Assembly (NCBI GenBank): GCA_016748015.1
Contig: JAAOMT010000522.1
Span: forward strand, 1,374 to 65,373
Direction: 5' to 3'
Length of the DNA stretch: 64,000 bases
DNA from: Geosiphon pyriformis uo1
Lineage: Eukaryota; Fungi; Glomeromycota
This document shows, in pieces, positions 1 through 12,707 of this stretch. The position numbers and the translations under genes are program-made. The notes under the pieces are model-generated. The model did no database searches and was not told the origin of the DNA. It was given only the letters and a program-made list of their open reading frames with translations. Position 1 is the first letter of the stretch, and every line of letters begins with the position of its first letter.

Positions 1-3000
1 AGTAATTTTAGAGGAGCCACTACTCTTTCAAAATTTAAAGAAATTGTTAAATTTATATTTACATTAAAAAAAAGCATAGAAAAAACTACATCATTGGTCA
101 AAGAGAAAGACATTATTGTAAACACTGATCTCAGAAAACAAAAAATCAAGTTAGATTAGGCTATAATAATTAAAAAAATTCTTATAAACATGCCAAAAAT
201 AATCATTACTGTAATTACTAAATATAATCAGATCATGTTAATTAAATTGCAATTTATTGAGTTATAACAAAAAATTATGATAAAATTTGCTAAATTAGTT
301 TAAGCAAATTAGTTGGCTGTAAAATAATTTTTCTTAATTGGAAAAAATTCAGTACACATAGCTAAGGCTGTAAAAAATTGCAAAACTTAGATGTCTAAAA
401 ATTATTTTAAGGCACTTTTGTTTACTTTGTCTATAGAAACAACTGCTTATAATCTTAGTAATGTGTTAAAAAGAACTGGTAAGAAAACTTGTATTATTAA
501 TTGCTCATTCAACACTAACAATTGGGTTTATTGTGCTATAATTGGCTTTAAATTAGATAAAAAACTAGAGTCTGCTTTTGTACAGAGCTAATTTTTGGTG
601 ATATAAAATTATCTTAGATTAGAATTGATTTGGTTTAATATAAAAAGTGTAAAAAGTTTAAACATTCTGCTTTAGAGTATAGTGCACCAAATGTTTTCAT
701 TTTTAAGTCTTTAAAAATATTTAAAAAAATTGTTTTAGATGTAAATTATCTTCAATTAACCAAATTGTATGCAAAAAAAGTGTTTTTATTTCTCATTCTG
801 CTGTTTTTGGTAACAAATTTTAGACAAAAATGGTTTTATTTACTGCTATCTTTGAGAATATTTGTTTTAATTTTGGTTCTGAATTTTTTTTTTAATATGT
901 CATGTATTAAAAAAAGTCTTATAGTTGCCCAGAATAATTTATTTATTAGTGTTTACTTGGCTTTTTTGGAATGTTTTTTGAAGTTTTTGGCTAATCAAGT
1001 GTTGAATATTATGCAAAAATTAAGTAGTATAGATCTAGTATCACTGGTGTTTGCTTTTTAATTTTTTTTTTCTGGTGTATCTGTTTTTTTGAATTTAAGG
1101 TTAGATTTGAATATGGTTTTAGATAACTCATTTGAGCCACTTACTTTTCTTTTTTTAATTGCAAATAATATGATTTCAAATTTGGGTTTAAGCAATTTGA
1201 AGGTTTTGACCACCAAAATAAATGAATTAGAATTTAAAATAGTGGTTTTTAAAGTTTCTGTTAGTTTAATTTTGACAAAATTGGATTAGTTGTGTATTGG
1301 CTTGGATTTTTTAATGTTTTTTTATTTTAATAATTGATCTAGTTTAGAAGTTTACTATGTGTAATGTTTAAAGTCTTAATGTTTCTGCAAAGCAAAAAAA
1401 CATTATTCATTGGTATATGAGCCTAAATAATATGATTTCAATTATTATAGAAACAAAATTAAGGTCTAATATTAAACTCTGGGTATTGAACAAGTTTAAT
1501 GGGGTGTAGATTTTTATATCTGGTTTGAATAAAAATTTTCTTAATACTGGAATGGCTATTATTGTGAACAATTTTCTGGCTTAATATGTTTCTAAGATAG
1601 AAAAAATTTCTGGTCAGATTATTTTAGTAAGACTTTTATTCAAAAAAAAATTGTTAGTTATAATCTTAGATTTATATGCTGGTAATTTTACCAAAGTAAG
1701 GTTTGATCAGACATTAAAAATTAATTTTTTTATTGCCAAAGCAGTTAATTCTAATTCTTTTGTTGTATTGAATGAGAACTTCAACAAAAATAGTTCAAAA
1801 AAGAGAACAAGTTTCAAATTTTGTGTGAATTTAGAATTAATCAACTCATTTTGTGAATATTTATTGATTAAAGCTTTTACTTAAAGCAATTTTAGAAGCA
1901 TTAAAAAGATTATTGATTTCATTTTTGTGAACCAAAATCTGGCATCTGTATTTATTGGTTATAGAGTTGACTTTGTATTTAATTTTTTTAATACCAATTA
2001 CAAAACAATTTCAATTACAATTGGCTTGAATAGTTTTTTGGACATTGATCTTAATAATATATATAAATAAGCTAATAAAGACAGATGAAAGTTTAAAATC
2101 AAAAATACTGATGTTAGTAAGTAGACAATTTAAAAAGTGTTCATTAAACAAATTTTTGAGAAAAATAGTGAGCTTTAATAATACAAAGAGTTGTAATAAT
2201 CTAGATACAATATGGAAAATTTTGAAAAAAGTGATAATTAGCTTTGTTGATGAAATATTTTTTAAACTTTGGTTTTGTGAGTTCAACTATTCAAAAAATA
2301 AGCTGTTATTAAGATTTTTCAAGCTGGAATTGTTGGTGACTAAGATCATACAAAGTTTGGGTCTGAATTATGATTTAAAAACTGATCATTTTATTGGTAT
2401 CTGAGCTATTATTGATAAAAAAGAAGTTGTCAAAATACATGTCATAATTGATAATAGTAATAGTCTAGAAAAAATTTTGTATTATTTGTTAAGAGTCAAA
2501 AAAAAAATCATAAATCCAAGTATTATGAGTTTAAAGTTGTCAGAGATAATCTTATTAGAAAAGTTATAAGCAAGTGTATAGAAAATTTTTGTTTTAATAA
2601 AAAAAAAATGATTGAAAATGTTCTGAATCAGCTATTTTGAAAAGTGGTACTTAATTATTTGATAGTTAATAATGAACTGATTCTAGAGCCATATAAAGTC
2701 AAATTCACAATTAACACAATTATAAAAGATTGGACAAAAAAGCATGTAATGCCTAATATTTTGTTTGATTGTTGGTCTAATTAATATGCTCTTTTAGGTT
2801 ATGTAGATGATAATGTCTTCTTAAAAGTAATATGCAATATTAAGTTTAATGAGTTTTTGCAAATTATCAAAAATTTACCTAATAAAAAAGCTGCTAGTTT
2901 ATTTGGTATTCCTAATAAGCTTTAAAAACATAATAATAAGTAAGTTTTAAGTAGTTTGTTGAATTTTTCAATGTGTTTGGTGTTGGGTGCAGTTCTTATA

Positions 3001-3730
3001 CAATGAAAAAGAGCTTGAGTTTCTATAATACCAAAGCCATATAATTAGAAAGAAATTTTTATGAATACTAAACTAATAGCTTTGATTAAAACAACTTAGA
3101 AAATTTTATTTAAGATTCTTTTAGATAAAATTTTTTTGGTCTGTAGCAATTTTAATGTCTTGTATAGTAATAATTTCTTAGTTTTAAAAAGCACATTTAT
3201 CTAAACTTTGATCTTTTATTGTTGAAAATATATTGAAGAAAAATAGAAAACTGTGACTAGTTCTTCAAAATATGTACAAAACATATGATTTTGTTAGGTA
3301 ATATTATTTAAAAAACAGTTCAGTTAAAATCAAAATATGTTTCTGTTTTATTAAATTTTTTAAAATATATACAATGATTAAATTAATCAGATGATAATAA
3401 ATTTTGGGCTTGCAGATAGGTATATTATTCATGATAAGCTAGATTAAAATGAGATTTTTTTATCTTTATTGTGAAAAATTTTTATGATTTTTTGCTCTGC
3501 AAAGTTAAAATACATAAAAGTTTGTTTGGCTATAGGCTGAATTTAAAATTTTTTACATGAACTGTTAAATAAAGTTATAAAGATAGCATAACATTCTTTT
3601 TAGCAGTAAAAACTTTTGCTGATTAACACAATTTAGATTGAAAATAGCATATTTACTACTTGGCATATTTTGAATATAACTAGTGAATTTTTTTGAATCA
3701 ATAATATTTTAATTAATACAGATAAGATAG
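1..3730 (+). mobile_element. L1/Tx1-like LINE copy 1, 5' part (ORF1 tail, APE endonuclease, RT), heavily decayed; 5' end lies outside the window
   Basis: Colinear with copies 2-4: ORF1 'FKALLFTLSIETTAYNL', APE start 'TMCNV' near 1355, 'IIETKL' near 1444, 'NENFN' (GDFN) near 1771, and decayed RT motifs at about 3060-3640. Interrupted at 3730 by gypsy A. Confidence 0.92.
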
Positions 3731-4386
3731 TATTATGGTTGAAACTTATACTTTTTATTAGTTATTACATATATTAACTACTAATGTCATATAATTAGCC
3801 ATAATATTTTTAGATAGTGATTATTGATCTAATCAATGAGCTGACTGTTGACCTAATTATTGACCTAATCATTAATCACTTTTGATAGTTATATAAGTGA
3901 TGAATTTCTTAGCTGTAAAATAACATGTCGAAAATCAAGAAAATTAAATAAATAAAATAACAACTTTCATCTTAATTCTTTTCTTATTATTAATTTCTCT
4001 TTTCCTACATTCAAGTATCTGAATATCTTGGAATAAAAGATTACTTGTTGGTTATTTCCTACTTTTTTCCTGAAATATGTAATTGTAACATTTGAAGATT
4101 ATTGAATAAAATATGACTGAAAAATATCAAAACATTAATGTGAGACATAGAATTATACCAGTGTGTAATTATTTGTTGACAGTATAGACTATTTTTCTAC
4201 TTTTAGATTCTCTAATTATTTTTTGAAAAGTATAGTGACTGAGATATTTTATGAAACTGATTTTGTATATTGAATTTATACTTATTCAATTCGCTCTTTG
4301 AAGTTAAATTCTCTTTAATTCTTTTTATTACTCTACAATCCTGTTTTCTCTTGTTATCCATTAGCTTATTACTCTAATCTGTAATA
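3731..4386 (+). repeat. 5' LTR of gypsy A
   Basis: Aligns with 10701-11378. The ends tattat...gtaata are decayed TGTTAC...GTAACA. Contains an internal 12-bp attgacctaatc-like tandem. Confidence 0.93.
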
Positions 4387-4392
4387 TAAAAA

Positions 4393-4410
4393 TAGTGTTT
4401 TCTGTGAAAT
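4393..4410 (+). promoter_or_regulatory. Primer-binding site (decayed TGGTGCTTTCTGTGAG-like)
   Basis: tagtgttttctgtgaaat lies just after the 5' LTR. A similar motif follows the family B LTR at about 12710. Confidence 0.6.
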
Positions 4411-4438
4411 TGTCAAAATTTATTTTGTTTTCTATTAT

Positions 4439-7400
4439 ATGGGTAATTATTCATATCTGCCACAACAATCAGAAAAACACTTTAAAGCATACAACAAAAA
4501 TGACTTAGACTTTATTGAACTTAATTTTTTGCCCTTCTGCTTGATTTGCTTCCCATTAAAGAACAATCTAGTAGACAATTCCAAGACTTTTGAAACTGGT
4601 TTCTGAACAAACATTCAGCTGAAACTTATACAGCTTATACAACTTATTATTTTAAACAAGCTTATTTTGAAGACAACTTTGAAGAAAGAAACAACAGTAT
4701 TAATCAACTTTTATATTCCACAATCTTTGAATAACAGCCTCCTGATTACAAATACTTGAATTACTAAATTCACATTTGGATTGCTGCCCACCAGCTAACT
4801 GAAACACTCTTTGAAACAGAAGAAGAAAGTTATTAAACTGCTTCTGTTTTTAATATTTTCTTAAGTAAATTAGAACATTCTACACAAACAGCTACTTTTG
4901 AACTAATAACTAATGACCATATACAACAAAACATTCTGATCATCTTCCAAGGCATACAAACTGCTTTAGAGCGAAGAAATAACACCTTACTATTTTTATT
5001 CAAAAGCAATGCACAAGATCCAATTGAATAGTTGGATGACTTTGAAAAAGCTGCTACAGCCAACTAATATAATAATGAATACAAGTTTCAAATTGTTGGT
5101 GGCTATCTTCAAGGCTTTTCTGCTATTTGGTTTTTACAAAAAACTAATATGAATGCTTAGCAAAGAATTATTAGATAGATATTAGCAAATATTGAAAAAG
5201 ATAACACCTCTTTTACTACCTGGTTTAAAATAAAATTTAGAACCCCTATTTTAATATCAATATAGTACATAGAATTAGAAAAAAAAACCCAAGATCTTGG
5301 TGAAGTTATAATTAAATATGCCAAAGCAAACAGAAAGTTAATCAAATGAATAGACTTTAGAAGAAATTAGACAGAAAAACAGAAAATTCACTCCTTTACA
5401 AAAAGATTAAAAACTGATCTCTTATATGCTTTTTGTTCTTTTCTGGCTCTAAAAGACAATCTCACAATGGACATGGCCATTGAATTTGTCCAACAAATTA
5501 AAAACAACCAAAGAATGCACTTGAGATCCACACTACTAGTTTTTGCTCCTGTTTTTGCTTCTGTTATGACTTTTGCTTTTCAAATGACTGCTATTTCTTT
5601 CACTGTTCAGACTTCAAATCTTAATAAACAATTAATAGATAGACTCACAGCTAATCTTGCCCAATTATTAGAGCTTTTAGCCCAAAAAATCAGAGAAAAT
5701 CAACAACTCCAAAGATCCAGATTTGAATTTTGTTTTAATCAATTCTAGCAACTTTCTTATTAAAAACAGCAAAATTATGACCCACCAGTATGTTATTACT
5801 GTAAATTAACTGGATATTTCTTCAAAGATTGTAATAATTCTCTTTTGCTTTCTCCAGTTCTCAGAAACAATAACAATCAAAAACAACAGAGTTCTCAATT
5901 AAAAACTCAATCATGCCAATATCAATTTCTTTAGAAAAGATCCCTTAATTAAAGCTACTGTTTATTAGCCTTTAAACTAGTAGATGCACTTCCAAAAAAT
6001 AAGAGTGCAAACCAACCAGAAAAAAACTTCTTTTATGCTTTTAAATTAACTAATAATAACTATACTATAGATAAACTAGCAATTAACACCTTTAAATCAA
6101 CAAAAAAGAAGAAAAAAGCCAAGATTAAATTCGTTTTGAACCCAAACAAAACATTCACATCAACTATTAATAACAATAAGCCACCAAAAATTAAAGTTTT
6201 TAAAAATTCTTCAAAGTTGGAACCCCCATAAATAGTACAAAAATCTGGTCTCTATTCTATTGTGAAAGATCTTATAAAAACTCCAATACACATCACATTT
6301 GGCCAATTAATAACTCACTTACAATTCAGAAAAAATTTGCAAATTATTGATACCAAAAAAGAAGATACCAAAAACCAACAAGTGTTTTTGCCAAGCTAAA
6401 CTCACTGACAACAGCAATATTACTTCTCTGATTTGCAAAGCCCAAGTGGCTGGCTACTTTATTGATTTAATATTAAATAGTAAATTATCTGTTAGTGTAA
6501 TTACTAAACACTTTCTGGAAGCCATTGGAAAAAAAATTGATAAATCTTCTATCCAGTCTATGACCAATGTATATTCTGACAAAAAAAAAGGCCTGGACAT
6601 AACCAAAGCTGTTCTGTTTGCATCAATAGTATCAGCATTGAAACAGACATAAAAGTATTTGAAGCAAACAAATACATTATTATTGTTGGTAATGAGTGCT
6701 CAAGAAAGCCAAAGCATTACTTGACTATAAACTTTGTAAGCTAATTATCAGATATAGTAAGAAACCTATTATGGTTAAGTACTGTTATTGAACAACTCCT
6801 CCAGTACCTAAGCAAAACCAAGAAGAAGAACAATCAGATAAATCAGATAATAATAAGAATAATAAAAAAAAAGATCAAAAAGAAAAAGAAAAAACTGCTA
6901 AACTTACTTATACTATCTTTACCAGCAATGGCAAGCCAATAGACAAATCTTAAAGTTAACAAAGAAGAAATCATAATAAATAGCAAGCTGATTTGCTGGC
7001 CTTACTATGACAGCCTCAAAAAAATCTTTGATAGAAAACCTGATAAGAAAGCCAAATATAGCTATTGGTAACATAATTCTTGTATCAAGTGCTAATACAA
7101 TAAACCATTGTATTTTTCTAGTAATAAATACAATTTCTGTTTGATCTATTACAAAGATTTACAGCTAATTAGTTTAATATTCAGAGAAGAACTAAAAGAA
7201 GTACAGAAGTTTTTTAAGAATAAACCACCTAAAATTTAATTACTAGTTGTAAAACAAAGAGAACCTTCCTTTAAAAAAAAAAAAGTAGACATTAAAAATC
7301 TGTTGGCTAAAAATAGCTCAGTTATCTTAAAAGAAAATAATATTTCTAGGCAAACTCATGTAATACAACATATTATCACCACCAGAAAAACTTGTCCAAT

Positions 7401-10012
7401 CTATTTAAAGCCTTATTAATCCAATTAATACAATGATGAGTTTATTAAGAAAGAGATAACCTGAATAAAAAATCTTGAATTCATACAAGAAACCAAAAAT
7501 AAATGAGCTTTCTCAGTTGTAGTGGTATTCAAGAAAAGTAAAACTCTATGCTTCTGTATTAATTATTACCAATTAAATACCATTACTATAAAAAACATAT
7601 ATTCATTTCTCAAAATTAATACAATGCTAAACAAATTCAATAATGCTGCTTTCTTCTCAACTATTGACTTAACTACTGGATTTTGGCAAGTAAAAATAGA
7701 TCCAGAAAGCAGAAAGAAAACTGCCTTCATTATTAAGTATGGCACCTATGAATTCACAGTCATACCTTTTGGTTTTACCAATGTCTCTTTTACTTTTCAA
7801 CATCTAATAGACAAAATGTTTGAATCAGTAAAAGAAAACTTTGTTCTGGTCTACTTAGATAACATAATAGTATACTCAAAAACCTGGGATGAACATTTTA
7901 AACACTTGCAAAAGGTTTTTGAACTTCTTAAAAATGCTGGCCTCAAGATCAACTCAATCAAATCTTTTTTTGGATGTCAATCCATCCAGTTCCTTGGTTA
8001 TCTTATTACAAAAGATAGAATCTTCTCTGATTTAGCTAAAGTTAAAAAAGTCCAGAACATTAAACAACCAATAAATGTTCTTGAACTACACTTTTTTCTT
8101 GGTTTGGCTTCTTACTATTGCAAATTTATCAAAGATTTTTCCAAAATTACTTTTTCTCTCAATCAGCTACTCAGAAAAAATATTAATTATTACTAGAGTA
8201 CTCATCAACAAAAAGCTTTTGAAACATTAAAAAAAAAACTTGTTATTGAATTAATTCTTAAACAATCTAACCTGAATCAATCTTTTATTTTTCACATTGA
8301 TACATCTGGCTATGGACTTGGTGCTGTCCTTTCACAAAAAAATGAAGATAACAGAGAACATGCTATAGTATATGTCAGTAGAACCTTTACATCAGCAGAA
8401 AAAAATTATTCAGTTATTAAACAAAAATGCTTGGCAGTAGTTTAAATTATTAGTTACTGGAATTAATATTTTCTTGGTGTAAAATTTCTAGTAGTAACAG
8501 ACCATCAAGCTTTGGTTTGACTGTATAACAAAAAAAAATTAGAACATAAATGAATAACTTGCTGAATACTCCATCTGAATAAATTTGACTATGACATTTA
8601 ACACCACAAAAGAGCTAATTATCAAAACATTAATGCTTTCTCTAGACTTATTATTCAGTAATAATACAACTTTTCAACCAAACCAACTTAATTATTAGTA
8701 ACTCTCTCATAAACAAACATAATAATAGACTTGGACAACTATTTTGTTTTAATAAAATTTTTGGGTAAAAGACAATACTCACAAAACTACACTTGACAAC
8801 AAAGAGAACATTTGCACAAACAATCAAATTTCTATTTGATTTGCCAAAATCAGTTATATAAAAGAAATAAAAAAGATTCTAACTATTCTCAAAGAATTAT
8901 AAGATTTAAAAAAAGAGAAATTGTGATTTACAACATACATACTGATCCATTAGCTGGACACTTTGAAAAAACAAAAACAATTCAGAAACTTTAGCTTGCT
9001 ATTATTGGCCTATCTTAGAAAAAGACATTGCTGAGTACATTAAAATCTGTAATATCTGCCAAAAAAAAAGAAAATCCAATTGCAAAGAAGATATTTATCC
9101 AATCTTTGTTGATCAGTTATTTGACAGAATTGGCATAGATGTTGTTAGATTTTTAAAAATAACTGCTAATGGCAACAGATATATTATTACAGCTACCAAC
9201 TATCTTACAAAGTATATAGAAACAAGAGCCACTCCAGACCAAACAGCAGTCTCAATAACCAATTTCATTTATGAAAATATCATCTGCTATCATGGCTGCT
9301 TTAAAAAACTTTTATCTAATAAAAGAAGAGCTTTTTTTAGTATACTGGTTAAAAAACTTTTTAGAAAAATGAGAATATGTCATAAACTTTTCTCTTTTTA
9401 TCATCCTCAAACAAATAGCCTAGTAAAACATTTTAATAGAACACTATGTAAAACTTTAGCCAAAACCAATAAAGAAACAAACTTATGGAACAAAATACTG
9501 CCTTTAGCTTTGTTTACTTATAGAACTGTAAATTTTAACATAACAAATTATAAATCTTTTTATTTGCTCTATAAATATATGACAACACTACCAATAAAAA
9601 CTAATATTGAAACAATACCCTTTGAAAAAATTACAATAGAGAATTATAAAGATATTTTGCAAAGAAGACTTGGTATCATTCTTGACTTCTTAATAGAAAC
9701 ACAAATAATTGCTTTTGAAAAAATAAATCAGTTCCAAAAAAAGCTTAAGAAAAAAAAACCTATAAAACACTTTTCTTAAATATTGATGACTTGATATTAG
9801 AATATTATTTAGATAAAAACAATGTCTATGATAATAAATTCTCTAGCCAGTAGAAAAAATATTATATAGTCAACAAAGTTTTGAATAATGGTTCTTATAT
9901 TCTTTAAGATCAATTTAAAACAATTTTCAATAATTGTTCTGTTCATAATCCACAAATTAAAAAATATTATAAACGACCTAATTGGTTGTCTGTTGTGGTA
10001 ATACTGACTTAA
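4439..10012 (+). pseudogene. gag-pol of gypsy A
   Basis: Gag 'QDPIE*LDDFEKAATAN' near 5010, CCHC 'CYYCKLTGYFFKDC' near 5790, protease 'LILNSKLSVSVI' (DSG decayed) near 6466, RT ORF 7522-8196 'IDLTTGFWQV...VYLDNII', RNase H 'TDHQAL' near 8497, integrase 'YHPQTNSLVKHFNRTL' near 9400 and a GPY/F-type tail. Many premature stops. Confidence 0.93.
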
Positions 10013-10641
10013 ATAATTAGCAAAAATCAAGTATAAATAAATACACTATTCCCAAAACAGAGGTATTTTCAATTGATATAAACAATTATTTTCTGGATTA
10101 AAATATTTAAAACACTTTCTATACTCTCCATGAGTATTAGATCAAAAACTATCTAAATATTACTTTGACTATTGGAAAACAGATTACCATAACTGATAAC
10201 AGAACACATATTGTTATTAGACCAAAGAAAACCACTATTAGAAGAAAAAGAATTGGTAACAAAATGAATAAATATCTGTTAGAAAGTATAACAGCAGCTA
10301 TACTCTCACTTTCCAATACAATTGGGAAAACAATCTAAAAAATCTTGCTTATAGACAAAAACTTGTCATATAAAAGACAATTAGAACTCTTTAATTGTTT
10401 TAATGAAATTATAGAGAATATGAAACTTATGAAGAAAACAACTTTAGAGATACAGACAGAAATTTTGGGCATTATACAATTAGATGTTCCAAGAGTTTTA
10501 ACTATTGCTAAAAGAACCAAAATTCTAATACAAAGATTTGATTTCTTAAAAACAAAACTTATTTTGTCTCAAATATTATATATTCTATTCACAAAAAACT
10601 TCAACAAACTAGTTAGCTTTGAGTTAAACAAAACTCTTTAA
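10013..10641 (+). pseudogene. Extra ORF of about 210 codons between integrase and PPT of gypsy A, function unknown
   Basis: Reads as one frame apart from stops at C>T/G>A-compatible codons and one slip in an A-run near 10340. The C-terminal part is ORF 10345-10641. Homologous sequence is retained in the minus-strand copy at about 59550-60200. Confidence 0.55.
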
Positions 10642-10689
10642 TTAGATTATCTTATGAATAGCTTGATTTCACTAAAGCTCAAACTCTTT

Positions 10690-10700
10690 GGAGAGGATGA
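10690..10700 (+). promoter_or_regulatory. Polypurine tract of gypsy A
   Basis: ggagaggatga immediately precedes the 3' LTR. Confidence 0.7.
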
Positions 10701-11378
10701 TATTACAGTTAAAATTCACACTTTTTATTAGTTATCACATGTATTAGCCATTAATATCATATAATTAGCCATACTATTTTTAGATAGTGATTATTAATTT
10801 GATTATTGACTTGATTATTGACCTAATCATTGACCTGATTATTAACCACTTTTGATAGCTATATAAGTAATGAATCTCTTAACTGTAAAATAGCATGTCA
10901 GAAATCAAGAAAATCAAATAAATAAAATAACAACTTTTATCTCAATTCTTCTCTTATCACTAATTTTCTTTTCTCTATCTTCAAGTATCTGAATATCTTG
11001 GAATAAAAGATTACTTGTTGGTTATTCCCTATCTTTTTTCTGAAATGTGTAATTGTAGCATTTGAAGATTATTACATAAAATATGACTGAAAAATATCTG
11101 ATACCTAATATTGAATTCTAAAAGCATTGATGTGAGGCATAGAATTATACCAGTGTGTAATTATTTGTTGACAGTATAGATTATCTTTTTACTTTTAGAT
11201 TTTCTAATTATTTTTTGAAAAGTATAGTGACTGAGATATTTTATAAGACTGATTTTGCATATTGAATTTATACTCATTCAATTCACTCTTTGAAGTTAAA
11301 TTCTTTTTGATTCTTTTTATCACTTTACAATCTTGTTCTCTCTTGTTATCTGTTAGCTTGTTATTCCAATCTGTAACA
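10701..11378 (+). repeat. 3' LTR of gypsy A
   Basis: Homologous to 3731-4386, ends in ...ctgtaaca, and is followed by TSD atag. Confidence 0.95.
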
Positions 11379-11382
11379 ATAG

Positions 11383-11756
11383 TAACTATATCTATTAATT
11401 AAAAAGTAGAGAATTTTTATTTGTTAATTAGTAAATCAAACATTTTTATTGTTAAGAAAAATAAATCTCATAAATACTTAGACATTTTTTTATTTACTAA
11501 TGGTCTTTTAAAATCTAGTCTTATTAAAACTTATTTGGGTATTAAATTTTTTACAAATTTGGTTTTAAAGAAAGCAGTATCTAACAAACAGTTTTATTAC
11601 TTGGTGTTTGCTGTTTTGTAGCCAATAGTTGATTACAAATTGTAGTTTAGTTATGTTTTTGCTAATGTGTACAAAAAATAGAATAGAATGTTAAAAAAAA
11701 GACTAAAACTCAAGACCAATTTACCTAAAAATCTTCTCAATAAAGTTATTTCCTAT
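11383..11756 (+). mobile_element. LINE copy 1, continuation of ORF2 downstream of the RT core
   Basis: 'SHKYLDIFLFTNGLLKSSL...LVLKKAVSNKQFYYLV' matches 'FHWYLGIFLLTKDLSKPSL...LVLKKAILDKQFLYLV' of copy 3. Cut by gypsy B at 11757; no further continuation was found. Confidence 0.9.
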
Positions 11757-12707
11757 TGTTACCAGTAGAATTTTAACTATTAATTAGCATAAAAGTACTT
11801 TTATAATTCTTATTATTAATTAGCATATATTAATATCATTTTAAATTATCATTTATTATTTAATTAAATTATTAAATATTACTAGTTAATTAATAATTCA
11901 ATTTATACAATAAAAATTAGAATGATCAAATTACACAATACTTCAAACTATATAATATTTAAGAATTTATTAAAATTTGTAGAAATTCGCCAAAATAATA
12001 AATAATTCATCAAAATAACTTGTAGTTTATTAAAATATATCTTTAGTTTGTTAAAATTATAGCAAAAAAAAGTTCAAATTCATAGACTAATACTATAATA
12101 AATTGTATAAAAAAAGAGCTTTTTTTTTAAAAAAATATATTATATTATAAATATCTTAATATATTTAGAATTATCTTAATTAAAATTAGTTAGCTTTAAA
12201 ATAATAATAAAAACATTAAATAATTAAAAACCAAATTTCTTAACTATTACACTTGAAAATTTCCAAAAACTCAACTAATGTTTTAAAATTGATTAGCTAT
12301 TAATTTCAGTAATCCATTAGTAACTTCAGATTTAAATAAAAAACGATTCACTTAATAAAATTCTATTTTTTTTATATTTCTTTTATTTTCTTACTATAAT
12401 TATTAAGATAGCTTACAGACAAGATTTCTGTAGAAAAGTTGACTTTTATAACAAAGTAACTACACATTTTTAGTGAGCTTTCAGATAAGTAATTCCTAAG
12501 AAAAAGTTAACTTTTACTACAAAGTAACTACATATAGTAACTGGTATAAAATTGGCTATTTTTTTTTATAAATCCAGCAGTTTAAATTATAAGAAATAAT
12601 TTGAAGATAAATTCAGTTATCAAATATTCAATAACTTCTAATAAAGATGAATTTACAACAAATAAGTATTAACAACATTCAAAAAAAACCAAAAACCTTC
12701 AGTAATA
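11757..12707 (+). repeat. 5' LTR of gypsy B (about 950 bp)
   Basis: Begins with TG and matches the reverse complement of solo LTR 60822-61796 at both ends and at internal points checked. Confidence 0.88.

Larger units (their letters stand above)
3731..11378 (+). mobile_element. Ty3/gypsy LTR retrotransposon, family A, structurally complete but non-functional
   Basis: Two homologous LTRs (3731-4386, 10701-11378), a 4-bp TSD ATAG (3727-3730 and 11379-11382), PBS, PPT, and gag-PR-RT-RH-IN order. Removing the element restores the LINE reading frame (DKIVTISIN). Confidence 0.95.
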
